Source: Gemmatimonadota bacterium (GTDB lineage Bacteria > Gemmatimonadota > Gemmatimonadetes > Gemmatimonadales > GWC2-71-9). Taken from it: a stretch of DNA of 53,600 bases. The number at the start of each line of letters is the position of its first letter. The stretch's first letter is position 1. The position numbers were made by a program, and so were the translations under genes. Positions 1 to 9,384 of this stretch are shown in pieces. The notes under the pieces are model-generated. The model ran no database searches. It was not told the DNA's origin and worked only from the letters and a program-made list of their open reading frames with translations. Location of the stretch: assembly GCA_039586365.1 (NCBI GenBank), contig JBDHKN010000019.1, forward strand, positions 1-53,600, given 5' to 3'.

Positions 1-2423
1 GCCGCGATCGAATCAGGGTAACCGTATACGATGGGACTTGTCTCGTCCGCAACGGTCGTACTGAAGACGGAGCCTCGAGCTAGGAGTTGGCGCGGTTGCT
101 GAATACTCACACGTCGCGTGATCGCCATGTCGATCGGAAACGCAGCCGCACGGCCCTCAGTGATGAACACTCCACCGCGCTCGACGAAAGCCTTGAGGTG
201 CTTGACCCCATCATATCCCATCCCTTTGCGCTGGTCATCGGTTTGGTCAATGATTCCGATTGCCGAGTATTCGTCGGTCTGCCTCCACGGCAGCGGTACG
301 CCAATATCAGTCGTGCCAGACACTAGAGTCTGCGGGCTTGCCCGGTTGTTGGGCATGATGATCACATCGAAGCTGGCCAAGTCCTCTGTGCCCAAATCCT
401 GTTCAGACAGGTAGGTATATGGAATCCCAATCTTGTCGAACGCCATACGCCACCAGCCGGCATCCTGGGGAGTCGCTACCCAAGTGTGAACCAGCGCCAC
501 ACGCGGCAGCTCGATTTCGTGCGTCGGCACGTCCGGTCGTCGACCGCTCCCAGCTATCTCCAACCCGAGCTCCCTGGCTGCTTCCTCCAGTCGATCGGCT
601 AGGTCCGCGGGGTTGCCCTCCGCTGGGATCACGAAACTACCCGCAGCGTAATCCCGCTCGTTCGCTTCGAACGATGCCTCCGCGGCCTCGAATCGAACGT
701 CGGCCAATTTGAACCGTAGCACCGTGAAGTTGTCATCAGTGGTGTTGTTCACAAGGTAGAAATCGCGATTCTCGTCCGTAAGCTGGCCAGTTACCGCCAC
801 CGGATCGGAGAGAAGCCGCATTCTGGCTCCTAGGATCGTCGAGTCCGGTACGGCCTGGGCGTCCACCTGGTGCAACAGCGGCAGGGTCCACCCCACGTCG
901 TCGTAGGGCGGCTGTTCACCCGACGGGAACGACTGCTTGTCCAGCAACACCTGCACTAGTGTGCGGTACGGTTGATCCATCCGGATCACGTAGGAACCCG
1001 TTGGAGCAATGATTTCCTCACCTGCGGCTGACCAGCTCAGATCAGAGGTCGCGACATGCACCTCAATCCCCTGATCCCGCAGCAAGTTGACCAGGTACGC
1101 CGCTCCCAGAGACCGCCGCTGCCGGGCCGGAATCACCCAAGCATAGGGTACCTCGCTGCGTCCCCGTTCAATGGAGCGCGTCCCCTTCAGATAGAAGTTC
1201 TCCAGGAACTCTTGTGGCCTACTCGCAACGTACTTGAGTGCCACGAGAACACCGCTCTGCATGTAGTTGGTGTTGTTGCGGAGAGACCAAGTGAACTTCT
1301 TTGGAGGGGGGTTCGGACGATACCACTGCCGAGCCGTCGCACTCTCCGACATTTCACGCTCACGCGTGTCGGCCCCACCGTTACCCAATGTCTCGTAGAA
1401 ACGCCCGATGCTGTTTCGTGTGTTGGGAATCCACAGCAGGTAATTTGCCGCCCAACCAGTGTAGAACGAGTGCGTCCACACGCCGGGCATCCCAAACTTG
1501 GTCAGCTGAGTTACTTCCTCATGGGCAATGTTGTGCCATTCGTCGATGGTCAGTGCGTCGACCTGTTCGTTGTAGGGCCCCGTCCCGGTTGACACATAGA
1601 GGATATTCGCCGACTCATGAAGATCGTGCATCACAGTCGGTTTCCAGTGGAAGAATGAGCCGAGAACGTTCCTCGTCAGCGCAAGCCCAAGACCGTAGCC
1701 GTCACGGTTGTTGTCGTGAGCCACGTATTTTCCCCAATAGGTCAAATTGGGGCCCACATCACGATGCTCCTTGCGGTATCTGTAAATGTCTACCATTCGG
1801 TCTCTTCCGTCCGGCTCCGCGACCGGCACGATGATCACTATCATGTTGTCGCGAATCGTACGAATGAACGGCGTTTCTTCCACCGCCAATCGATAGGCCA
1901 ACTCCATCAGCATCTCGGGGGCGCCCGTCTCGGACGAGTGGAGACCACCGCTGAGCCAGTAGATCGGCTTGGCGTCGGTGATTACCCTCTGCGCCTCCCG
2001 CTCCGGCAGTGTGCGTGGATCAGCCAGTTGATTCAGGTAGCCCCGATATCGCTCGAGATCACCGATCGAGGCCTCGTCCGCAACAATCACCTCGATCATT
2101 TCCCGATTCTCCTCTGTCCGGCCAATCGAACGCACAACCACGCGCGGTGACGCTTCAGCCAGGGCCCGCATGTATCCATATATCTCGGTCGTGTTGTGGA
2201 GAATATCCGGCGCACCGATGATCGTACCAAAATGATCGAGCGGTGACGGTACCGTCTCCGAGGCCGGCAAGTGATCTACCAGCGGGCTGAGGAATCGCTC
2301 CTCGGTGGTGTGTTCCTTGATTTTGGCTCCATAGGTCGCGTCGTTGGACTGCGCTAGGATGGATCCGTCAGCTACGGGGACGGCCAGCAGGGCCAACCCG
2401 AATATCAGCATGCGGCAGTGCAT
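1..2423 (-). CDS. M14 family zinc carboxypeptidase, secreted (partial; runs off the left edge, so absent from the ORF track)
   Basis: Manual translation from ATG 2423 (GGAGG SD at 2431-2435): MHCRMLIFGLALLAVPVADGSILAQ signal peptide, then ...WLSGGLHSSETG (HxxE) and ...PTVMHDLHES zinc-ligand motifs. Plus-strand ORFs in this region are antisense shadows. Confidence 0.85.
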   Translation of the reverse strand, partial: MHCRMLIFGLALLAVPVADGSILAQSNDATYGAKIKEHTTEERFLSPLVDHLPASETVPSPLDHFGTIIGAPDILHNTTEIYGYMRALAEASPRVVVRSIGRTEENREMIEVIVADEASIGDLERYRGYLNQLADPRTLPEREAQRVITDAKPIYWLSGGLHSSETGAPEMLMELAYRLAVEETPFIRTIRDNMIVIIVPVAEPDGRDRMVDIYRYRKEHRDVGPNLTYWGKYVAHDNNRDGYGLGLALTRNVLGSFFHWKPTVMHDLHESANILYVSTGTGPYNEQVDALTIDEWHNIAHEEVTQLTKFGMPGVWTHSFYTGWAANYLLWIPNTRNSIGRFYETLGNGGADTREREMSESATARQWYRPNPPPKKFTWSLRNNTNYMQSGVLVALKYVASRPQEFLENFYLKGTRSIERGRSEVPYAWVIPARQRRSLGAAYLVNLLRDQGIEVHVATSDLSWSAAGEEIIAPTGSYVIRMDQPYRTLVQVLLDKQSFPSGEQPPYDDVGWTLPLLHQVDAQAVPDSTILGARMRLLSDPVAVTGQLTDENRDFYLVNNTTDDNFTVLRFKLADVRFEAAEASFEANERDYAAGSFVIPAEGNPADLADRLEEAARELGLEIAGSGRRPDVPTHEIELPRVALVHTWVATPQDAGWWRMAFDKIGIPYTYLSEQDLGTEDLASFDVIIMPNNRASPQTLVSGTTDIGVPLPWRQTDEYSAIGIIDQTDDQRKGMGYDGVKHLKAFVERGGVFITEGRAAAFPIDMAITRRVSIQQPRQLLARGSVFSTTVADETSPIVYGYPDSIA

Positions 2424-2469
2424 TTTGTGTCCTCCAAGGGAGAGTCGGACGTTGGATGGCAAAGATAGA

Positions 2470-2553
2470 AGACGGTGATGGATGGTGGAAGACGGTGAGG
2501 GAAGCTGAGGGATAGTGGTAGCCCCCACAGTCCCTCACCATCTGTCACCGTCT
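2470..2553. repeat. Degenerate 10-mer tandem repeat (AGACGGTGA-like) with inverted copy forming an 18-bp hairpin
   Basis: AGACGGTGATGGATGGTG (2470-2487) pairs with CACCATCTGTCACCGTCT (2536-2553) with two G.U pairs; further GGTGA/GCTGA units lie between. Confidence 0.6.
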
Positions 2554-2907
2554 ATACTTCTCCAGCCACCGCAGATCGTATTGGTCCGTGCGGGCCACGT
2601 AGACCACGCCGGCGCCGAAACCCACCACCTCTGAATTCTGGGGCAGAACCACGGTACGCGACCGCCGGCCGGTACCATCGAAGACGTCGTACTCCGGCTG
2701 CCCCCCCGCAGCCACATGGCGCCGCACCCACGCTTCCCCGTCCGGGGTAACGCTCACCGCCGACGGCGGGAACGGCGGCTTCACTTCGGGCCAATCGTCA
2801 TCGCTGACCTGAGGCCCAGCAAACGAGGCACCTCTGGGAGGTAGCCCGGCCCTCACATTCCCTCCACCACCACCAGCCTCCATCGTGATGAACATGGCAG
2901 CTGGCAC
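2545..2907 (-). pseudogene. C-terminal fragment of a 6-bladed beta-propeller protein
   Basis: DWPEVKPPF...PDGEAWVRR...YDVFDGTG...VVGFGAGVVYVARTDQYDLRWLEKYR resembles the C-terminus of ~400-aa secreted propeller proteins. In-frame TAG at 2917-2919 just upstream; no signal peptide or SD. Confidence 0.55.
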
Positions 2908-3142
2908 AAGCCCCAGCTAGACGAACCAGCGCCAGCTGGTGACGCACTCCACGATCATTAGGTCCAGATGCTCAAGCAATCCACTCTGTCGCATCCAAGT
3001 CCGCAGCACGCGCCATTGTCATTCTGCACTGACCAGTGCGCCAGGCAACGATCGACTGATCGAGGCACCGGTGGCATCCGACCCACGCTCCCCTATATTG
3101 AGTGCTTTGCACACTCGCCCCGCAGAGCCAGGCTGCAACACA

Positions 3143-3361
3143 ATGGACGATGCGACACAGTTGAAGCGGCCGAAACACAGCAGCGTGCGCATGAGTCTCA
3201 GCGCGGTGAACGTCTCCGCGGTCAAGCGAAGCTGGCTGCCTCCGCTGGTTTACCTGTCATACAATCCTGTTACCCTTGCAGGGCTCTTCCTGATGAACGC
3301 TGCGGTCGTGTCCTGGCTGTTTGTACTGAAACACAACTCAGGAAGCTGCACACACCGCTGA
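3143..3361 (+). pseudogene. Probable N-terminal remnant of a membrane-anchored NapC/NirT-type multiheme cytochrome c
   Basis: WLPPLVYLSYNPVTLAGLFLMNAAVVSWLFVL resembles, from memory, the first TM segment of Acidobacteria/Gemmatimonadota NapC/NirT proteins. The ORF stops right after it with no CxxCH. TATATT -10-like hexamer at 3094-3099. Confidence 0.35.
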
Positions 3362-3424
3362 ATTAGTGATAGTTACTCGAGAATGAACAGCCGACTCGTT
3401 TGCACCCACAGGATTGATACCACC

Positions 3425-6400
3425 ATGAGGATACGACATATGACTGTTCGCCGCTCAGCATGCCATACAGTCGCCGCCCTGGCGATCTGCGCACTCACAG
3501 TGTTGTTGGCCCTGGCGCCTCTCACCGCGCAGGAAGTCACCGACCAGACTTTCTCCGGGCTCCGGTTCCGCAACATTGGACCGGCCACAATGAGTGGTAG
3601 GATCGTGGACATCGCCGTGGTCGAGTCGAATCCATACACCTTCTATGTCGCGTCTGCGACGGGTGGTGTTTGGAAGACGACGAACAACGGTGTGACGTTC
3701 ACTCCCGTATTCGAGCGGGAAGCTACCCATTCGGTAGGAGCGATTGCAGTCCACCTGATGGACAGCAACATCGTCTGGGTGGGAACCGGCGAACGGGCCA
3801 ATCGCCAGAGTTCCTCCTGGGGTGATGGTGTCTATAAATCAACCGACGGCGGCACCACTTGGACCAACTTGGGACTACACGACAGCCACCATATCGGGCG
3901 GATCGCACTTCACCCTAGCAACACCAACATCGCCTACGTGGCAGCGTTGGGACACCTGTGGGGTCCGAACGAAGAACGCGGTCTGTATATGACTGAGGAC
4001 GGCGGAGTCAGCTGGACCAGGTTGCTCAGCGGAGAAGAGAACACTGGTGTGGTGGACGTGGCAATCCATCCCACTGACCCAAGCATCATGTACGCCGCGA
4101 AATACCAGAGGCGCAGACGGCCCTACGGATTCCACGGAGGGGGACCCGGCAGTGGTCTGTACAAGTCAACCGACGGTGGCCGGACTTGGAGGGAGTTGAT
4201 CAGCGGCCTGCCCACAGGAGACAAAGGTCGAATAGGTATCTCTATCTACCGCTCGGACCCAAACATTGTCTATGTATCGGTTGAACAAGGGTGGCGTTAC
4301 AATGCTTCGACGGCGTACGGCGAGAGTCGGGCCGGCGTCTACCGTTCTGAGGACAAGGGTGAAACGTGGCAACACATGGGCACCTGGAATCCGCGCCCAA
4401 TGTATGCCAGCCAGCCCCTCGTCGATCCCAATGACGATCAACGCATCTACATGCTCAACTCGTACAGCTATTCGGACGACGGTGGCAAGACGTTCACTCA
4501 ACCACAACAGTCGTTGCACGGCGACGACCGACTGGTGTGGGTGAACCCACATGACTCCCGGCACGTGATGAAGGCGGACGACGGCGGTTTGGGAATCTCC
4601 TACGATCGTGGGTTGACCTGGCTCTACCTGACGAATCTCCCCGTCAGCCAGTACTACCGGGTGGCCGTGGACATGAAGAAACCGTACTGGGTGTACGGAG
4701 GCCTGCAGGACAACGGTAGCTGGATGGGACCAAGCGCCACGTATTTGGACGATGGAATTCGTCTCGAGGATTGGTCCCGTACGGGCGGCGGAGACGGTTT
4801 TCAGAACCTGGTCGATACGACGGACAACAAGACGCTCTATACCGAATCCCAGTACCTAGGGCTGTCCCGACTCGACCTGGAGACAGGAGCCCGCACCTCG
4901 ATCCGCCCCGACAACGCACGCGGAGCTATCGGCGACCGCAGAAATTGGGACGCCTGGGGCCCGGGACTTCCGGAACCGGAGCTTGGCAACGCCATGGCCC
5001 CGGCGAATTGGGACGGCCCATTCATCATCTCACCCCATGACAACAACACGCTGTACGCAGGCACCAACCAACTATGGAAGAGCACCGACCGGGGTGACAC
5101 CTGGGAGTCGCTGGGTGATCTCACCACGGGAGTGAACCGGCGTGAACTCTTGATCATGGGTCAACGGCCACACGACAGCACACTGTCACTGGACGATGGC
5201 ATTCCCTACTACCCCACCCTCTCTGCTATCGCCGAATCACCGATCCGGCAGGGCCTGCTATACGTTGGCACTGACGATGGCAACTTGCAGGTCTCGAGAG
5301 ACGACGGTGCCAGCTGGACCAACGTGATCGACCGACTTTCCGGCGTTCCGCAGTCGAGTTGGATCTCCGGAATCGAGCCGTCGCGGTTCGAGGAAGGCAG
5401 AGTCTATGTAGTCGTGAACAACTACCGCAACAACGATTTCACCAACTACCTGTACAGGTCTTCCGACTACGGACAGAGCTGGGTCTCCACCGTGGGAAAC
5501 CTGCCGGAAGAACGGGTGCTTCGGACCGTCCGCGAAGATCTGAGAAACCCCAATGTGCTCTACTTAGGTACAGAGCTAGGACTCTTCTACAGCAACGATG
5601 GCGGCAATCACTGGCTCGAACTCAAGAGCAACATGCCGACCTTGGCTTTCAACGACCTACTGGTCCACCCTCGTGACAACGACCTGGTACTCGGCACCCA
5701 TGGGCGCGGAATCTGGATTCTCGACAACGTCAATGCACTTCAGGAACTGACGCCGGAGGTCGCGGCGACTGAGGCACACCTGTTCACGCTGGAGCCGATC
5801 GAGATGATCAGGTACAGCGGCGCTGGGGCACACACTGGAGACATGATATTCCAGGGAGAGAACCCGCCAGCCGGGGCTACCATCGACTACTACCTGCGGT
5901 CAGAGCGCGACTCGGGCGCTGTGGTGCTCACTATTCACGACGAGTCGGGCACCGAGATCAACCGTATCGCGGGATCCGGCCAGCAAGGTGTGAACCGGGT
6001 TATCTGGAACCTGCGTTACGCCAACATCGGCTCCGCTGGCGATCCCCGCCGGGGACGCCGCATGGACGGACCGTGGGTCTTACCGGGCCAGTACACAGTT
6101 CGGCTCCAGTTAGGCATGCAGCGAGTCGAGCGACGCATCGAAGTGTTGGAGGACCCCCGCATCCAGGTGCCGGAGGAAGCGCGCGCCGACTGGCACCAAA
6201 ACGTGATGTCCCTGGCCGGGACCCTACGCTCGTTCTTAGTGACGGCCGATACCGTTGCCAAGATCAAGCAGCACTTGGATAGCCTGACCGATCGGCAGCA
6301 GTCGATGAACCGCGAGCTGAAATCCGAGGTCGATGAGATCGTACCGCTGGTAGCCGAACTTCGCAGCAGGCTCACCAGCCTATATGGACAAGTGAGTGAA

Positions 6401-6511
6401 TGGCCATCCCCCTTTACCGCCGATCAGCAATCGCAACTGGAGTACTTCGAGGGTTGGATCCAGCGATTGGAGCCCAGGGTGAGGCGAGTCGTTGAGGCTG
6501 GGTTGCGCTAG
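3425..6511 (+). CDS. VPS10/BNR (Asp-box) repeat beta-propeller protein, glycosyl hydrolase-like, secreted
   Basis: Signal peptide ending in AQE; FRNIGPATMSGRI start motif; many S/T-x-D-G-G-x-T/S-W Asp-boxes; C-terminal Ig-like and helical region. ORF is open from 3383. Confidence 0.9.
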   Translation: MRIRHMTVRRSACHTVAALAICALTVLLALAPLTAQEVTDQTFSGLRFRNIGPATMSGRIVDIAVVESNPYTFYVASATGGVWKTTNNGVTFTPVFEREATHSVGAIAVHLMDSNIVWVGTGERANRQSSSWGDGVYKSTDGGTTWTNLGLHDSHHIGRIALHPSNTNIAYVAALGHLWGPNEERGLYMTEDGGVSWTRLLSGEENTGVVDVAIHPTDPSIMYAAKYQRRRRPYGFHGGGPGSGLYKSTDGGRTWRELISGLPTGDKGRIGISIYRSDPNIVYVSVEQGWRYNASTAYGESRAGVYRSEDKGETWQHMGTWNPRPMYASQPLVDPNDDQRIYMLNSYSYSDDGGKTFTQPQQSLHGDDRLVWVNPHDSRHVMKADDGGLGISYDRGLTWLYLTNLPVSQYYRVAVDMKKPYWVYGGLQDNGSWMGPSATYLDDGIRLEDWSRTGGGDGFQNLVDTTDNKTLYTESQYLGLSRLDLETGARTSIRPDNARGAIGDRRNWDAWGPGLPEPELGNAMAPANWDGPFIISPHDNNTLYAGTNQLWKSTDRGDTWESLGDLTTGVNRRELLIMGQRPHDSTLSLDDGIPYYPTLSAIAESPIRQGLLYVGTDDGNLQVSRDDGASWTNVIDRLSGVPQSSWISGIEPSRFEEGRVYVVVNNYRNNDFTNYLYRSSDYGQSWVSTVGNLPEERVLRTVREDLRNPNVLYLGTELGLFYSNDGGNHWLELKSNMPTLAFNDLLVHPRDNDLVLGTHGRGIWILDNVNALQELTPEVAATEAHLFTLEPIEMIRYSGAGAHTGDMIFQGENPPAGATIDYYLRSERDSGAVVLTIHDESGTEINRIAGSGQQGVNRVIWNLRYANIGSAGDPRRGRRMDGPWVLPGQYTVRLQLGMQRVERRIEVLEDPRIQVPEEARADWHQNVMSLAGTLRSFLVTADTVAKIKQHLDSLTDRQQSMNRELKSEVDEIVPLVAELRSRLTSLYGQVSEWPSPFTADQQSQLEYFEGWIQRLEPRVRRVVEAGLR

Positions 6512-6894
6512 GAAACACTCAGGGTGAGGCGGTGAGCAGCAGGCTTGTGTTCGTCCGATCGACACAGTCTGTTGCTCACCGCTGACGGCCCCCCTCGGCA
6601 CCCACTCGCTGCGTCACCAGGACACCTCCTGCTTGATAGAAACGCTTGCTGCGGATGCGGTCACGTGTCGCTATTGGCAATACCGTCATCGACCCGTATG
6701 TCGCTTCGGTCGCGGTACTCCTGCTCGAAGCAGCGGCACAGCCTACCCGGCGGGTCCTCGCTCAGAAACTCAGGCGGACACGGACCGTCAGGCACCCGAT
6801 CCGGCTGGCCGTCAACCGGACGCGCGCCCCCGCATCTGTCACACCTGCACCAGTGATGCCAAGCCATTCTAAGACGCCCCTTCTGACCAACCAA

Positions 6895-7104
6895 TCAATC
6901 GTCCAAGGTGAATCCGATCTGCAATACCACCTGCCAATGATTCAGCTTCTGATCTTCGATGTGACCGCGGATCTCCTTCACCTCGACCCAACGCATGTTG
7001 CGCACCGTCTTTGCGGCACGGTCGATCGCGGTGTTGACCGCATCCTCGATGCTCGTGGGTGACGTGCCGACGATCTCGGTCTTCTTATAAACGTGGTGCG
7101 CCAT
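6895..7104 (-). CDS. Dodecin (flavin-binding protein)
   Basis: MAHHVYKKTEIVGTSPTSIEDAVNTAIDRAAKTVRNMRWVEVKEIRG...WQVVLQIGFTLDD is canonical dodecin; GGAG SD upstream. Confidence 0.95.
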   Translation of the reverse strand: MAHHVYKKTEIVGTSPTSIEDAVNTAIDRAAKTVRNMRWVEVKEIRGHIEDQKLNHWQVVLQIGFTLDD

Positions 7105-7164
7105 TGTCTGTTCTCCCAGAACTGTTGTTGTGACTGCAAGAGTCGGCAAGGGAAAGTTCTTTCG

Positions 7165-9081
7165 CTATTCCGGCTCTCCCAGGACCAGCGGCACTTTCAC
7201 CATACCACCGCGCGTCGACATGACATGCACTTCACCTTCGACCCCCGGCACACCGTACAATCTGACTTCGAAGCGCACGGACTTCTCTTCACCGGGTTCA
7301 GTCCATCCCGCAGCGATCACCTTGTCTCGCCCGCTTGGCGTCACGATCCGGAGCTTCGGTGACTCACCTCGTGTGAGTGCGGAATCGAACTGGAGACGCA
7401 CGCGATCCTCTTGCACGATCTTCACCAACTGAGCTTGGCGTAAGGCGGTTGGGAGCTTGCCGCGGTTGGTCCAGCTTACCGTAACTTCATAACTCGTGCT
7501 GTCGTCGCCGCGATGCACCCGGACTCTCGCTTCGACATCGTCGATCTGGGGCAGATGCAGCGCCATCTCGAGATTGAATAGCGCTTGGTTCTGAGCCCAC
7601 CGCTCCAATTCTTGAGGAGGTCCGTTCTGGGAAAAGAACTTCGGATGGAATCCACCGATCTCCACCGCACCCAGGGTCGGGTGCTCGAACGGCTCCCACT
7701 CGCGGAATCCTAGGCCACCGTTCTCTTGGTCGTCCCAGATTAACGCATCGGCCTGATCGAGCAGGCCGTCGTCGTTGTAATCTCTCATGGCCCCCCCGTT
7801 CCACAGCTCGTCCCCGTACCAGATGGCGCCGTAGTACCAGTAGCCGAAGTCGGGGCTGTGTCCGAACAGGGGTCCCGGACGCGCCGAGTCGCCAGTAAAG
7901 GGGTTGACCGGCACGCGGGTCCGGTAGGTGTCGTACACGTCGCCGGCCCAGGGGTACCCCGTCAACCTCATCCCGATGCTGTCAAACTGCACGTAGTAGG
8001 CGAGGTCCTCGGCGTACATGCGCTCGGCGCTCGCGGAAGTTGACGGCGGTCGGAGGTGCATGGGGACACGAGTGTCCATTGAGTTGGCCACCGAGACGTT
8101 CGGGTGGGCAAGCAGGAACAGCACTGTTGCTCTGGTTTCGGTCTCACTGAGGGGGAAAGCCCCCGCACCTCCCTGAGTATAGCCCCTCCCAGTCTTGTCG
8201 CCGCCAGTATCGGGACGCCAATTCTCGGGATAGTTACGGTGCAGGTCGAGACCACCAATCCCGTCCTCGTTATAGTCGCCGTCACCGTCATTGTCGATAC
8301 CTTCGGAAATGACGACCCAATCCCCCTCTCCACTCCGTGCGCGACGCATCAGACGCCCCGACGGATCACGGCCATCCAGGATTTGGTTGGCCTCGTCTTC
8401 GTCTCCAGGCTTGGGACGGTACCTGATCTGGTAAATGATGCCGTCCCCGTCGAGATCCTCAGGCGAGTCCTCGTCGAACAGTCCGTCCCGGTCGTTGTCG
8501 TGCGGTCGCACAGTGCTGCGGTTCGACTGCGCGGTATGGAGATACATGTTGGACCCATCAGGGTTGTTCTGTGGCTTGAGATAGACCGCCTTTGTGTCGA
8601 GCAGCGTGGTTATCGCCTCGTCCTCACCGTAACTCTGAAGCAGATGCTGCATCAGCCAGAGAACCGACTCCGAACTGGTGACCTCACCACTGTGGCGCCC
8701 ACCTTCAAAGAAAGCAGCCGGCTTATCCTCCGCACGGCCGGTTTCCTTGTTTGTGAGGGTCACCTGCATAATCGGCCGGCCTTCGAAGCTCTTCTCAACC
8801 TCGTAGAGATCGACCAAGCTGGGATACTGCTCCGACCACCGTCGGAGCCACTCATACATCACGTCCGCAGTGTGGTACTGATCGAATGTGAGCTGAGCAC
8901 CCGCTGCGTACTCCACCTCGGGGTATCGATGCTCCCGGAAGAAACTGACGCCGTGGCGTTCTCCCTTCACTGTGTACCAAGTCGTGTCTTGATCGGATTC
9001 GGGAAAGGCCTGGGAGCATAGCGGCGTGGCCACCAACAGCACCAGCCCGCTTGCGGCTATTGTTCGAACATGCAATCGCAT
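7165..9081 (-). CDS. M14 family zinc carboxypeptidase, secreted, with DxDxDG Ca-binding loops
   Basis: Start MRLHVRT (GAGG SD), signal peptide, GGRHSGE (HxxE), NNPDG, DLHRNYP; DNDRDG/DLDGDG/DNDGDG loops. Confidence 0.9.
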   Translation of the reverse strand: MRLHVRTIAASGLVLLVATPLCSQAFPESDQDTTWYTVKGERHGVSFFREHRYPEVEYAAGAQLTFDQYHTADVMYEWLRRWSEQYPSLVDLYEVEKSFEGRPIMQVTLTNKETGRAEDKPAAFFEGGRHSGEVTSSESVLWLMQHLLQSYGEDEAITTLLDTKAVYLKPQNNPDGSNMYLHTAQSNRSTVRPHDNDRDGLFDEDSPEDLDGDGIIYQIRYRPKPGDEDEANQILDGRDPSGRLMRRARSGEGDWVVISEGIDNDGDGDYNEDGIGGLDLHRNYPENWRPDTGGDKTGRGYTQGGAGAFPLSETETRATVLFLLAHPNVSVANSMDTRVPMHLRPPSTSASAERMYAEDLAYYVQFDSIGMRLTGYPWAGDVYDTYRTRVPVNPFTGDSARPGPLFGHSPDFGYWYYGAIWYGDELWNGGAMRDYNDDGLLDQADALIWDDQENGGLGFREWEPFEHPTLGAVEIGGFHPKFFSQNGPPQELERWAQNQALFNLEMALHLPQIDDVEARVRVHRGDDSTSYEVTVSWTNRGKLPTALRQAQLVKIVQEDRVRLQFDSALTRGESPKLRIVTPSGRDKVIAAGWTEPGEEKSVRFEVRLYGVPGVEGEVHVMSTRGGMVKVPLVLGEPE

Positions 9082-9120
9082 CTTGGGTTCCTCGGTTAGC
9101 TTGGGCAACGAAAAGATATT

Positions 9121-9206
9121 GGTGTGGCTGAGGTGCGGTAAGGCGGAGCGGCGGTGGAGGACAGTGAACGATGGGGAGGAACGATGAAAGGTGGTGAGGG
9201 TTGGAG
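9121..9206. repeat. Degenerate purine-rich 10-mer tandem repeat (GGCGGTG-like)
   Basis: gcggtaagg, gcggtggagg, acagtgaacg, acgatgaaag, gtggtgaggg units; resembles the arrays at 2470 and 49461. Confidence 0.4.
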
Positions 9207-9384
9207 CCGAGACCGTCATGCCACTATGGGAGCTAGCTGCGGTGGCAGGGTACCGCCGTGTGTGGTGCGGTACCGCCTGAAGCACGGGGTACCGCGGAGG
9301 GCAAAGTGGCTACAAATTGCCCCCAAGCAGCCAGCCACCAGCGCATGCACTCCGCCCTTGCCAATGGCTACTGGAGGATCAGTC

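Noticed and set aside
87..2221. Many plus-strand ORFs
   Set aside because: Antisense shadows of the minus-strand M14 gene. The same applies to most short overlapping ORFs in this GC-rich window.
2894..2908. CASCH heme-like motif in an alternative minus frame
   Set aside because: Short frame with no export signal, overlapping the better-supported propeller fragment; probably chance.
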